This document shows, in pieces, positions 38,301 through 52,454 of a DNA stretch of 64,000 nucleotides. This stretch comes from Perna viridis (Eukaryota): NCBI GenBank assembly GCA_037379345.1, contig CM074518.1, forward strand, positions 17,732,001 through 17,796,000, given 5' to 3'. The notes under the pieces are model-generated. The model saw only the letters and a list, made by a program, of their open reading frames with translations, did no database searches and had not been told where the DNA came from. The position numbers and the translations under genes were made by a program. Position 1 is the first letter of the stretch; every line of letters begins with the position of its first letter.

Positions 38301-40211
38301 AATTTAGGTTGTGTATGTGTTTACTCATGTTTTCGAACTTATATTTTGCAATCGAGTATACAAAAAAGATTAGTTACACAAGACAGCAAAAATTGTCGAG
38401 TTGCAATCGATTCAATTTTTTTTTTTTTGTATTCGTGCCCTATCTTTGTCATTCAAATAGAAAAACAGATCACCAAAAAAAAAATGACGAACATAGCTCC
38501 CAAACATATAGGAGAGTTCGCCGATCTCATTAGTGATGTCATATTCACTAATTTGCATATCATTAAGAGTCAAATTGGTTGGCACATAAACAACTAAATA
38601 AACTATTGACGATTTCATGATTAAAATATCAATTTTTCAAAATTTTATAGCTTTGTTACTTTATATCCAATTTTGGTTCTGTAAAATGTTTCATTTGGAT
38701 AAAATAATTCATATTTTGTATGTGAATTCATAACTCTTTTACTTGAAACATTAAATTTGAAATGATATTTATATGTAAACTTTTATTTTCATATAAAATT
38801 ATTTTTAAAATTCTATGCTCATATAGTCTAATTACTGAATATTTATTTAAAAATTCCATGGATAAAAAGAGTTTATTGGCAGTGTAAGGAACTAAAGAAT
38901 TTTTCAATTATCTTCAAAAACGAAAAAAGTTATGATGATTTAAAGTTGATGCCCCATGCCACTCAATGGATTTTTTGCTAACAAAACCAAATTACAGGTA
39001 ACTGATGACATCACGAAGAACTCTCCTATTTCAAATGACCTGATGGAGCAACTGTCCTTAAAATTTGACAGAAGTATTGTCCACCAGAAATTCTAACATT
39101 TTAGCAAAATCAGACTCAGAATACTTCTTGTTTCAATCAATGTTTTTTTTTCTCCACAAAATAAGCATTTTCTACCTCATACTGGATAAGCATATTTTCT
39201 AGTCAACTATTTTGTTTAGAAGCATTGGTATATACAATCGTATAGAACTTACTTTAGCTTGTCATGTGGAAGCGTGTGGTGTACAAAGTAGAAAATTTGT
39301 TTAACTATTACCAAAATTAAGGATACCAAAAAGAAGACGCTCCTCAATATCTTTTGAAATTTTAAGAATATTCACGAGATTCACGACTCTGATAGAGTAA
39401 GCTTTTCTCAGTAACTCGTTAGCCGCCTATATTTCACTACTAAAGTAGTAAGGAATTTTGAATTGGTTTAGCTGTGCACATGACACACTTAGTAATATAA
39501 CTCTGTTCGGACACCTGTTAAGTTTTGGTATCCAATGAAAAGGGAGAGCCATATTTCATATCACTGGGCGTTTAGAATAGATACGTAATGGTTATGTCTT
39601 CCTTAGGTATACTGCTGAGTGAATAATTTGGATTGCAAAGTTAATTGCCATTAGGCAGTCGATGCAGCGTGATTTAAACACGAACGTAATGTTGTCAGTT
39701 GTACGTCTGCTCGTACGAAGACGACTTTTATCATGGAGATCGGAAAGTATTTTTATAGACAATTTGAGAACTCATTGACTTTCAAAGTGTAAACAACTAA
39801 TAGCGATAGAGAAACTAAAAGGAAGCTAAATATATATTGATAAATCAAACTTCATTAATTAACTTGAAGCGGCAAGCATGATGACTTGACAGAGGAAACA
39901 TTCATTGCTTCTTCTAATTGTAGCTGAATGGTGCTTCATGGAGTCGCAACCATCTTACACTGCATGTTTCTCAGTTTCCGTTTTATTAAATATTTTTTTC
40001 ACAAACTTCAGCAAAACTGCTTTCTTTGCAAACAAATCAATATTGTCTGAATTATATCCATGTACAAATGCTTTTGCCATGTGATAATTACATTAGGTAG
40101 CACGTATTAAAGTCATACAATGGTCAACTACTAGTATTAGTCGTATATGTTTATCAACAAGTTGTAGCCAATCATAGATTCATAACCAATTTCTTATTGG
40201 CAATACCATTT

Positions 40212-40547
40212 ATTATTGACTAACGTTCGAATATTGGCCTAAATGTGATCAAAACTGCCAATACAATACAATACTAAAGTGTGCCAATAGGGGATATAGC
40301 CGTCCAATATGGATTTAGCCATCCAATACGACTTTTACCCGTCCAATACGTGATATTCGACTGGTTAAAATCCATATTGGCCTAGTATATTGAGCTAGTT
40401 AGTCAATAAATTTATAATTGCGTAAGGTTTTCCATATTGGCTGAGTTATTGGTCCTCGGCTAGAAATATTGGAATTCGGCTACACCGCAGTCTAATATGG
40501 CTAGCCTCGGACCAATAACTAAGTCAATATGGAAAACCTTACGCAAT
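40212..40547. repeat. Two adjacent palindromic (fold-back) MITE-like elements
   Basis: 40417-40547 is a near-perfect hairpin (ATTGCGTAAGGTTTTCCATATTG..CAATATGGAAAACCTTACGCAAT). 40212-40410 has TTATTGACTAAC/GTTAGTCAATAA ends and internal CCAATA repeats. Confidence 0.7.
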
Positions 40548-40687
40548 GATACTATAGTATGTTCTTTAATAGTTTAATTACGGTCTGGCCAGGTTAGTGT
40601 TGAAAAAAGTGCACAAAGTCACCAAATAAGGATAGAGAATAAGCGTCGACCAATATATGAATGGTTCAAAATAGTTCTGTCATGATC

Positions 40688-41263
40688 AAAGAGAGTAATC
40701 AAGGGAACCAAGGTTATAGCGATAATCAAAAGAATGTTATCCAGGGACAAAGACCAGACATGGAAAACAGACATACACAACAAAGAACACAAAGTAACTA
40801 AAATCATACATATAAAGTAACAAAAGCAAATGAGCAACTCGGACTCCACTTAAAACTGGGAGCATGGACCAGGTGCACTGGTAGGGTAAGCGTCCTCTGC
40901 TTTTCAAGAAACACCCGCCGAGTTGCTCATAAAAAGTCAAGTCCGGGGTAGACAAACGAGGAAATGAAAACTATGACCCGTTGAATAAATCAGTTTTCAT
41001 GGTGCAGATGGTACACCATAATCCACGAGTTGATGATGACGACCATAAAACTTCTGTAGTGATGACTTCAATCTTGTAGCAACATAATCCTGTTCCAGAA
41101 ACCTATTTGCTAGATTTCTAGCGCGATACAAAAAGTCTGTGTAGTTTCGACAAGCTCTGGCATAACGAATGAGTTGTGATATGAACATTCCATACGCAGG
41201 TGCTGAGGGGATGTTGCCACAGATGAATGAAAAGTCATCACGTTTGTCGTAAAGTTTGGTCAA
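40688..41263 (-). mobile_element. Penelope-like retroelement RT 3' fragment
   Basis: TKLYDKRDDFSF..NIPSAPAYGMFISQLIRYARAC..QDYVATRLKSSLQKFYGRH; same family as the 52.5, 57.8, 59.5, 60.8 and 62.6 kb copies. Confidence 0.75.
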
Positions 41264-43431
41264 TGACGTATGTGGCTATGATGTGATTGTTGGAACCAAA
41301 TACTTAGACGCATAGCATAGCATGTTGCCGTTTCCTGTTGGTAGAGATCTAACTAATAATAAGAACAACTAGTTCTGTCCCTGATAGACAAACAAAGTTT
41401 AATTTCATGAGGAACTATAGTATATATATCATCATAGTGACGATGGACAATCTTTCTAATAAGTTGACTTGAAACGCTATATATAAGTAAAGCATCAATG
41501 ACTTTCAGCTTGACACTTCGGCAAACAGTGGTTTATATCGATCATTAACATGACTTCCGTTCTCACCTGTGTTTACGCTCATTTTTGCTGCTCGACAGAT
41601 TGTCAAAAGGAGAAGGTCATGAATTTTTAATTGACTTAGCAATCAGTTACAGTTATTTTATTTCAATGTTTTCACACTTTGAACTATACGCAGTATCACA
41701 AATCATAAAAAATACCTAAAACACTAAGGCTTCTTTTCTTGCATTATACATGGCAGAACCTGTTGTGATGGATTTGCCTTCCTATATGGATTGTTTTGGT
41801 TTTGAGTACTTCTTGCATACAACTGATTTTTAGATTTAGATCTTTCTGTGTATTTAAATCTAATGCTTGTGATAAGAGGTTACTCCCTGAAACATGCATA
41901 CAGCATATAGACATTTGCATAATTCTGTACAAATGTTCAATATATATTATACTATGTATGTTTATAAAAGTAAGTACATTCTCACCAAGAACTCAATGTC
42001 ATCACTCGAATGAATATTTATGTTGTAATGTTGGCTTCAAAAATCAACGAGTCAGACAATTAAAGTTATGACCTACAGGGAAAAGTCGGTTGATGAATAT
42101 ATTTATCAATACTATTTGAATATAACGTGTTACTGAAGATACTCGGTTAATACATTCATATTTATTTTTCCTAATGGAGATTTGTGCATAAATCCACGTG
42201 GTACTATTTAAAAATGAATTATACAAGGATAAATAACCGGTTCAAAATGGAGTTATCCTGAAAAAGAACCAATTACTGGATGCCATGAAGTCTAACATGT
42301 AATCTATGAAAAAGACAATAACCTGTCAGACACAAAACGTATGAACATAAACCTAGCAATTTATATAAACGTCTACGTCAACCTTTTATGATTATCTCAA
42401 ATGAGCATTATACTTGTATCTATGTACGTCGGATAATTACAGTGATTACCATATATGCTTCATTAAATAGAGAAAATATGTATAGATCTCTATGGTTTAT
42501 CAGCACATGCAATACGTTGATCCGATGGGGTTACAATTAAAAATCTTTTTTTTTACTTTGGAACATTTATCTTTAACAAATGGAACCCATTAAGTAATTG
42601 ATGACACATCTTAATGTTAAAGTTACGAAATTAACATTAAAGGAAAACATCCTTTGGTTACTTCACATTGAAGCAACCCATTTAATACGAAAACCACTCT
42701 GAATATATTCCAAAGGCTAGTAAGTTTATAGTACATATCAGATAATATGCAATGTCATGTCCCTGGTACTATGAAAACATGAAGTATTTATAAGATTTGT
42801 ATTGTGCATGGCTTGCCCTGATATAGTTCACATGATGAGTTTTAAACCTCCAGTCTTCAATCCTGGAAAACCTCTTTACTTTTTATTAAAATGAACCGTA
42901 AAATGATTGATTGTCTTCTCTCATTTCAGTGTTCTTGAAAAGCAGCGGACGCATGCCCTACCCTGGTCCTCTTAATCTTTAACTGCAAAATGATCTAATG
43001 TGTTTTATCAAACTTTGATGGACTAGTACTTGTTTTCTTATTATCAACGACAACAAAATTCAAACAATTAACAGTCTACTTAAATCTGTAAAACAAACAC
43101 TTCCTTAACTCTTGATAAAATTAGAAACAACGTTTTAAATTGGGGGCTTAATTATTTTTTTTCTATAATTTCAAATGAAAGAGTAAAAATCTAAAAAGAT
43201 ATCTTAAATAAATCTAAAATTGGAAAGAAGATCATTTTAAATTTGAGGGTTAATTGGAATTTGTTTATAGATAAGTTTAAGTGCTAAGACATTTTTATGT
43301 GGATGAAATGTAGGCGTTTTGTGATTTCCCAAGAATTTAATTCTATGGATAAAGAAAATTTATAATCAAGCCTTTAGTATCACATACATCCAGTCTACAT
43401 CAACTAAACAGTAATGTAAAGTATCATATGG

Positions 43432-43432
<1 letters not shown>

Positions 43433-43470
<38 letters not shown>
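43433..43470. repeat. (GT)n microsatellite
   Basis: Uninterrupted GT run. Confidence 0.95.
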
Positions 43471-43471
<1 letters not shown>

Positions 43472-45990
43472 TTCAAAGGATTTAGTTAAGTGTTGAATGC
43501 TAAAAAACCGTATATTTAAACTCAAATAGAACATTATAGCATATAAACATGCCTCAGACCCTTAATGTGTAAAAGTGTCTGATTTTTTGGAGTCTTTTTA
43601 AAAGTTTTGTAGTTTTTGTTTTTTTCACTTTCCGTACGACCCTGTTTTCTTTTAGTTTTGAATTGTTCTATGATATTTAACTTTCTGTTATGTTTTTAAC
43701 AAAAAATCTGGTAAATTGCAAAAAGAAAGAATCAATTCGGCTGAGTTTATCTGAATGACACCGGTATAAATGTCAAAGACGGTTTTTACCGAAATCGAAA
43801 TGTCGAGTTTTACTATTTTGGACAAGTGACCAATGGCAATTTCCGTGATTTACATTCGTACTTTAGTCGTCGATACAGGCAGAACCTTCTGCAACAGCAC
43901 CAGATAGACTTATTACAAATTTAACATCTCTATATCTGACAGTTTTGCTCGCGACATTGATGTTTACGTAACGTTCTCAAGGTTCCTATTTTTAAAGTTG
44001 ATTTGACGAATACAATAATAGTAATTATCTTATCCAACGACAATATACACCTGCTTGGAATCATAGAAAATTATTATTTTATTTCTTTGTCTGGCGATAA
44101 AGATAAAAAATACTATTTTAATTGTCATTTCGAACAATATAACATTTGAAAAGTTCAAGTTCGTGTTAACAATTCAAGTTGAAACATCCCACTTCTCAGA
44201 AATTAACAAAATTGACATTTTATTCATGAATTTCTTCAAGGTTTTTATTCTATTTCCACAAACGCGTTTTAAGAACGCTGAAATCGAGCCAGTCTCACTT
44301 ATATGATTTACATTCTGGATTAAATGTTATATTTTGTCAAATTTTAAATTCCAGTTGTAAAACCCGAAGACTTTTGTAGTTTTAATATAGTTTAATCCTT
44401 CAATAATATATGATTTTAACAATCGATATTTATTGTTTAATCTCGTCGTTTTTTTCTTAGTCTAAGTTTTATACTTAGTTTATTCGGTATGTTTTTTTTG
44501 TGTCTTTAACTATTCTATAAGAGTTTGGTCATGTGACTTTTGAGGGATATTGCTTCTATTGACCGTTTAGTACTTTGCATGTAAACTGAGTCCTTTCGAC
44601 GAAAATTAAGCCCCGTTTATTATCATTGCAAAAGTATTTGAGATGTTTTGATAATGAATACGAATATTGTTAATGACTATTACGGCGCTTATTTGTTCGT
44701 TTTGATCGTATATGACTGCTTGGATGGCTGTATCCTGTATATCTCACTAAAATCTTTAACCTACGACTTATCTAAACGTTTGTTTAAATATTCTGCTCTA
44801 AATGTACATGTTTTATTTTACTGTTCCGAGATTAAAGGTTACAAGTTGAATAAATAAACAGTGATTTTAATCGGCTAGATTATAATTCCTTGATAAGATC
44901 AAATTGGAGTGACAAATTTGACAAACGATTGTTCCAGTGAATAACATTTTGACGCAAAATTAGTGGAAGCAGTTCTCTGTTTTTGCAATTTAATACTGTT
45001 AGGAAGATAGTCTCTTCCGATGTCCAAATACATCATAAAATGAAGAATAATTCATTCCGTCCAAATGGAAAACATGACAATGGTGTTATATCATTCTTAA
45101 TTTCTGCTCAGGAAGTTGATTTCAATTCAAACATTCAAACTTTATTTATACAACGTTCCTTTATGTGGTAGAAATAATCCTGTTTTAATGTGACTCATCA
45201 AGCCTAAAATGTAATCCAGATCTCAATGTAACAAGTGTAAAGGAAAAGAATTGATCGGAGAAAACACTTCGTGACGAATCATTTTTTAACGAAGAGCAAC
45301 TAAATGTTTCTATGAATGGTAAAATCATGTTGGCCCTAGGTTTTAAATGAAATGAAGAAAGTTTCGGCGGAGACGATACAACAGTAATACAAAAAAAAAA
45401 AAATAACAAGACAAAAATAAGATTATATCAACAGGTTTGATATTTCAAACAACACTAAACATGAATCTGACACCAAGAAAATCAATTAGGTCACTTATTA
45501 GATTTCCCAGTTCTAAAATTTGATTTTATTCGGAATCATTCACAAAATAACACCAGACATCTAAATCATGAATTAATAATTCACTTTGTGGTTGTCAATA
45601 CGGCATCTTTTGCTTTTATTCGATTAAGATCTCTGTTTCTGAAAAAGGCCGCACCGATTGATATAGTGAAAGCGAGATAAATAACAATAAATTGTCTAAG
45701 ATGTTCACTACAGAACTATTATGTATTCGTACTACCGATTTGTTGGAGCCCGAATTACTTAATACGAGTTAAGGTTTTATGTGTTTACCTCCGATAAGAT
45801 CTTTAGATCCAAAACACATCGATCTGTTTTATTTTGTCGTTATGCAGAGCATATTTATACATATAAATAATAATACAATGATATTCAAACAAGTTAACAG
45901 ACAGACATATCAACCCTTTCCACACAAATGAAAACCAAAACACGACAATTAAAGATAAGGAGGGATTTGTGTGTCTTACACATGGAACTA

Positions 45991-46623
45991 TAGTCGGCGT
46001 CACATAAATAACATACTGTTAAAATTTGAATAAAAATATTTTCTACGACTTTATTGACACCTACCGTCGTTTAAATTGTCTTAAATGACTTGCTCATTCG
46101 TTTAGCCAAACGGCTTCTCCCTAAACATTGAATCGTTAAATTCCGGTCAGATTTTAATTCTAGGTGGCAATATTTACATTGTAAAAAGTCGGCCATGTTT
46201 ACAGTGATCGGGTTGCTAGGAGATGTTGTTTACGTTTAAATGGTTTGTCCAAAAACCGAAGAACCCAGAATGCAATTCGGTGTTATTTCGGATATCTCGG
46301 ATTTATTTTACGCGAACAACGTATAATACCGAGAAGTTGATCAAGCAGACGATTGTCACCGGAGTTCGACGGGAACTTACGCACTTCGTTTGTAAACAAA
46401 TCGTCCCGTAAAAACCAACATGGCGGATATTAGTATGGGATTTTCCCGTAAGGATTTGTTACGCACGATTTAAGCTAATAAGCGACTTGTTTTTGAGAAA
46501 CTGTTTGGCTAAACGAATGAGCAAGTCATTTAAGACAATTTAAACGACGGTTGGTGTCAATAAAGTCGTAGAAAATATTTTTATTCAAATTTTAACAGTA
46601 TGTTATTTATGTGACGCCGAGTA
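45991..46623. mobile_element. MITE with about 130-bp near-perfect TIRs and TA target duplication (Tc1/mariner-type)
   Basis: TA(G/C)TCGGCGTCACATAAATAACATACTG..TTAGCCAAAC at 45991-46120 is inverted at ~46495-46623; TA at 45989-45990 and 46624-46625. Confidence 0.88.
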
Positions 46624-47079
46624 TAAGTACAGAAACAAACTTCATTGAAAACTTCGTCGACAGCGTCAATACTTCATTAATAACTTACATAAAATTTATT
46701 GTATACCAAACCTTCACTAGTGTCCTTCACGGTATAATGCTTGGTCTTCCGCGTCCACCACGAAACCCCTTTAAAAACGTCTCATTAATTTACTCACTAA
46801 AATAAAGTATGGTTCAAGAGTAACTGTGAGAAAACTGAAAAAAAAAACACTGTACAAGTGGCGTGAATCAGAGATGGATTTATATAAAAAGATCCAAAGA
46901 CCTACAGGAATGACGCTCTTACACATGTATATCTCTCTGGTAAATTGACCCTTCGTTGTATTATAAAACCGACATGTTCTTATAAAACCAATTTTGCTAT
47001 AGCAATTAAGGGACCAGAAGTTATGCCTACCTTATATTTGATAGAAAGGCTTATATTGTAAAGAAGCACAGTTATTCCT

Positions 47080-47560
47080 CTGAGTGAGATGTTGAAATGT
47101 TGGGATTTGTTGTCGACAATGATTTAGTCGAATTCGGAACACCGTTTCAACATACTACAGAAGACATTTTATGTACCCCTTATGGCTGAAATGTTGCTGC
47201 ATTTATGAGAATCTTGCTTTTTAAATAGCAAATTCAGAGGAAAGGAAAGCGACTAGTGCATTATTTATTAGACAATGTACTATCTCCGGATAATCATAAC
47301 TTCATAGAGTACTTTCATTTAATCTGCCCAAAGTAACTTAAAATAGCAGAGACAATTAATACACATTCCTTCGTTTCATGCTTAGACCTTAATCTATTCA
47401 TAGATTTTTCGGGACGTTTGAAATCGAAACTTAAAGACGAACATGATGATTTTGACTATACGCAGTTGATCCGTTTCTGACATGCATGCATTTTGTACAC
47501 TGACATTCTCAATATATAGAGGATTCTGTCAATGGTTTGTTGATCCTTTGATGATAATCA
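47080..47560 (+). mobile_element. Highly decayed RT core of a Penelope-like element
   Basis: DNVLSPDNHNFIEYFHLICPK*LKIAETINTHSFVSCLDLNLFIDFSGRLKSKLKDEHDDF aligns by eye with YIDDVLS..IYP.EL..SYLDL..KLYDKRDDF. Confidence 0.65.
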
Positions 47561-47960
47561 TGTTGTTAACATTACTACATAAAATCTAAGATCGTTATCA
47601 CAATTTGATATATAGATATGTCATTACCGGTTTACATTAATCTCTTTGTGCTGTCTTGCTTTCATTATCTTTAGTGATTGTTTTTATTCTGTTGTCTACA
47701 TGTAAATCATCTCTATTTTCCTTGTCGTCGAATTGTGGCTTCACGTCTGATGTCTCTGAATTGGTCTTGTGCTTTAATCATCATTAAAATGCTTTCAATA
47801 GAGTTAAGTGCATATACCAAATTTAAACTTATCCAACATGTTACGTAAAGTTTCGTTAGAAGAATTAAACCTACTCATTCATATTATTTGACGAAAAGTT
47901 AACCACGTTTATTTCTGGCAAAATATTTTGGATAATTAATTGTACAATTCGATCGAGATT

Positions 47961-50900
47961 TCATACATAATCTACTTTAGAAATGTCATTATCAATCTGA
48001 ATCTCTTCCTGTATTCCACCATGTGTAGTAGTTGTAAATGATTGTTTCCTTCGTGACCATAATTTACAACGTGGTTTCCGATAAAGTAAATACGGTATTG
48101 TCAGACACAATGATGCGTTGTAAAAGAAAAATGTTGACAAGAAATTGATATGTTTTGGTATAAAATGTCCGGACCCATTCAGAAAATTAACAATGTAGTA
48201 TGGGAGACATGTTAAAAACTGTAGCAAACTTCCATAATATATTATTTTGAAATAGACAATGTGGTCCGGAAGTGACCCAGAATAGTGATGAATAAGAACA
48301 ATCAATCCACAAACTGCAGTAATAACAAAAGGTAAAACAAGAGTAGTTCCGAAAATATAGTATGTTGCCGATCTTTTGTACTTGTTTACAGTTGAAAAAT
48401 CTAGAGAACATACTCCAAGACCTGAAAAAGAGAAAAGAAATTTGAAGTACCTGTTTCTTAAAACATTCTGTAACAGTAAAGTATTGTGTTGTTACTAGAA
48501 TACCTTTGTCATTATATAAATAATAAGAAGTAGTACCTAATTTGTAACAGAATATATACAAATCAACAAACCCTCCCATGAAAAAAATGAAAAACAGATG
48601 AGAAACTAAAAAAAAACCTTTTCATAAATGAAATACATGCTTTTAGATTACTTGTGCTTGATCGAAGCCTATTTCGTATTTAAATGTAATCTGTAATGGA
48701 GTTTACTACATTTTTAACCCCTAAAACACAGTATTATGCGACAGAGAGAAAATTCTTATATAAATAAGCCATCTCTAACGTGGTTTGTTAAATTAATCAC
48801 TTAAGATAATATGGTGTATTACTTGGTTCATTAGAAAACACTAATGGCGTCATTAGAAATGAATCAGCACAGCCATATTTTACAGGATTAGGAACATTAA
48901 AGCAACACTGTTTTACTAGTGTTCATATACGTCATGTTATTATCACATCAACAAGAATTGTAAGTCATCCTTACAAGGAAATCTGCTTCATTTAATTTAA
49001 GGAAAAATAATGAGCATATAAGCCTTCAATTATAACTTACATCATATGGTGGGAACTGTTTAAGTGGTTTGTCGGTTTTTTCTGATATCAGAAGTGGGTT
49101 TGACTTTGATATGATTTTCAAAATCTCCAATTTTAAAAAGTAAAGTATATGAACAAAAATTAATAGTTAACTTATTACATTTTCAACATTTTAGTTTTGA
49201 GACATTGTCAAAGTCATATTGCACCTCTAACAGAATGATAATACAACATATTGACAAATTATGCAATCCATTCGATGTGCAAATAAATAATTTGTCTACA
49301 AATATAGTGAAATGTCAAACATTTATTTGAAATAATATCAAATAATTGAATTTAGATAAGTAACTGTTTAATCTTGATGTCAGCAAGAGTGTAAATAAAA
49401 GTGTCTCTCATTTTATTTTACATATAAAAGGTTTTATTCAAAAGAAGAAGAAAACACTATAAATAACACCCCTTTTGGTCATGTACAATAAAGGGGCGGA
49501 TTTAGATATTATGAAAAGGGGGAAATCAATAAAAAAAAGGGGCAGATCCAGGCTATAATTTGCTTTTATTTATTAAAAAACAAAACAAAACAAAATCTTG
49601 ATTGAACCAAGTGATACACCATTGCAGTACATAATGATTCGTCCTCAATGAAGCAAAATGCACAAGATCCAGTATCTTGCTTTCTATGAAAAACCCTGGT
49701 ACTTACTCTGGAAAGGCAGTAAGACGTTTTTGTAATTATCCATATCGGTACTGTCAACCATGATGGAGGGTGTAAAGCGTTCAGTTATATTGTCATCAAA
49801 GTGAGTAATAAGGTCATATAACACTGTACCGGAAGTTTGTGTTTCTACGTCTTCCAAGAAAAGCGTCAATGAAGTTGCATCCTGTATTCTAACAGTAAAG
49901 TCTATGTTTCCAGTTTTGCAGTTACTGTGTTCTGTGCGAATAAAAATAGACCACTTCTCCTGTAGATTTACAGAGATAACCCGGCTTATATATTGAATGT
50001 TTTGAATTTCGCCACCACATATAGTTGTGTTGCACAAGAATGAGGCAGCAGATTCCGTAGTTGTGCGGGATAACAGTTCCACGTTAATCATCAACAAACC
50101 TAGAGAAGACAACGATAGTACATATTGGACTTATTTCACTATTTCACTTTTTTTTTTTAAAAAAAACATCATTTTTTTCTGTTATGAATCCGTCTGATAA
50201 TGCACTCTTATTCGAAAGGACATCAAAGGACCCAAGATATTCATGGAAGATAAGTAGAATATTATACCTGTGGAAATCAGAAATAAAATTGCTGTGTTCA
50301 AGATATGTATTCGTTTTGTTTCACATGTCATAAGAATATTTGATTGTTCATATAGACCGAATTTGTCCTTTAGTAGGTTTTCTGTTAAAAGATCAAGATC
50401 ATTTACCATCTATTAGAATTGATTTTGACACCCCATCAAAGTTTTGGTGGGCTCTGCAAAATTACACTGCAGACGGTGAGAAGAAGACTACTGACGAAAA
50501 ATATTTTTTTCCTACCGCCATCACTAAGGGCGATCAATATCGGAAACCACGTATTGTCAAAATGACTCTTTCTGTTGTTACTTTTTGTGGTTTGTTACAA
50601 ATGTGTTAGCTAATGGTAAAATATTTATTGTTTGCGAAAACATTACTATAAATATTAAAACGAGTATTTTGACTTGACCATAACATCTACAACTAGATTT
50701 AAATGTATTAATCTTCTACTCTTTGTGTATAATTGATATTGCATAGTGTTAATAGTTTACACCATTATGTAAGAGCAACATATGTCTACTAATCTGCGGT
50801 TACAATTACATCATAATAAACATGACATTTGGCGTAAATAACAACGTGACATGGGGCCGAGGTAGTTGCATGACACGGAGGTGAAACGATAACAATTTCT

Positions 50901-51619
50901 TCTATTGCAGACGTTGTGCAGTTGTGTTTGTTAAATTGTTTTGAGATGACAAATTTAACGCAAATATGACTCCACTGCATAACACCATATCAAAGAAGTA
51001 TTTTGACTTGACCACTGCATAACACCATATCAAAATTCAAAAATACCAGTCGTATATATTATGATTTCCATATGCTGTACACATGTTTCAAGGAGTAACC
51101 TCTTATCAGCAGAATAAGAATTAAATATAAAGGAAAATTAATTGTATACAAGAAGTTCTCAAAACCCTAATCGCCGAAATAGAAAGCCAAGCCCATCAAA
51201 AAGGGGTTCCGCCATTTGCCTTCAATGAATGAAGTATTTTTATAATTTCAATACTGCTAATTTAGATAAATATGATGAATTAAATCTGATATAATTCGAG
51301 TTGGGGTTAGACAGGGTTGGTGAATACCCCCGGTGACTTTTGGTTCACCAACAGTGGCATCGACCCAATTGTTATTAAAAATGTGCCATTTTCATTAAAT
51401 TATGTTTAAGTCAATAAATATTTATACATTCTTGTTGGCATAACCGTCCCTTTCTTTAATAAATTAAACATACCTTTAAACTGTGAATATTCTCCCCATC
51501 CATACATGGGACCAGTGCATAGAAAGAATGCTGTCATATACATTCCAAATATTAGTAACTTCGTGTTTATATCAGAAAACGTCATGGAATAGCTACCGGA
51601 TGATACACATTTGTAAAGT
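47961..51619 (-). CDS. Rhodopsin-family (opsin-like) GPCR, TM3 end to C-terminus; 5' exons not identified in the window
   Basis: Exon 51619-51474: (R)LYKCV..TKLLIFGMYMTAFFLCTGPMYGWGEYSQFK (ICL2-TM4). Exons 50099-49707 (131 aa) and 48536-48504 (TTSYYLYNDK), both phase 1-1. Exon 48421-47961: GLGVCSLDF, TM5 YYIFGTTLVLPFVITAVC, TM6 QFLTCLPYYIVNFL, TM7 FLSTFFFYNASLCLTIPYLLY, stop. All GT-AG and in frame. Confidence 0.78.
49707..50099 (-). CDS. Symmetric phase 1-1 exon encoding a 131-aa putative alpha/beta domain (TRADD-N-like or SEA-like by eye)
   Basis: Acceptor TTCTCTAG at 50100, donor A|GTAAGT at 49706; 393 nt open; sequons NTT and NIT; motif CKTGNIDFTVRIQDATSLTLFLED. Confidence 0.65.
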
Positions 51620-52454
51620 CTGAAAAAAAAAAACGAAAACTATTTTATGAATTTATAATAGGAATGCTGTAATATGTACTTATAACAAGATGGAATATCG
51701 ACGACCTTTAGTTCCGAACAAACCCTACATTTCAGTAGTAAAATAGCTTTTATCGGTAAGTATCTTTTACTACTGACATAGATATAACAGAAATAAAGTT
51801 ATATTTCTTACACACACAAAAAAAAAAAACAAACAATTCATTGGTTAATCAGCATTAATTGTTATAGTCTGTTATTTACTGACTCCATAACAAAATGTAT
51901 GGATCATCATCATATAACACTTTTTTGCTGTATATCATCCTCTCGACCGGAAATCGTGATTCGTATACGTAAATGTATCCAATATGATAATAACACATAG
52001 TGCCAGTATTATAGAGTCGTATGTACACATGAATACCACGTTCAGAAAATCGTTCATACTTGGCCATGTCTCGGATTATATATATATCAAATTCTTGAGT
52101 TACGTTTTTGTATATTATTCATGAGAGATGATAAAAACTATAGGTTGAAAAGAATTGCAATACATGTCAACAAGAAAGAAACACACCAATACGTGTTACA
52201 GTTTTATCTGTTTTTATAAAAAAATCAATTTGGAAGTTGCCGCATGATCACATTTTCCTAGCACGTAATACTGATTATTTAAATCAATACTAGATACACA
52301 ACATAATAAGCAAAAAACAAAAACAAAAAGCAAAAAAACAAAAACAAATACAAACAAAATCACAAGGAAACAATTATTAATCATTTTATGTACGGTATAG
52401 TTTCTAAAATTATTTATTGCTTTATTAATTAATTCTTGTTGTGTTTAAGAATAA

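Noticed and set aside
49620-50112. Ephrin-receptor ligand-binding-domain reading (QGF..QDTGSC) of the 142-aa ORF
   Set aside because: Requires two frameshifts beyond a strong GTAAGT donor at 49706; the clean phase 1-1 exon model is simpler.
50268-50331. Possible signal-peptide first exon (MTCETKRIHILNTAILFLISTG) making a nested secreted protein
   Set aside because: Weak donor (GTATAA) and short hydrophobic core; kept only as the alternative to test against the ECL2-insert model.
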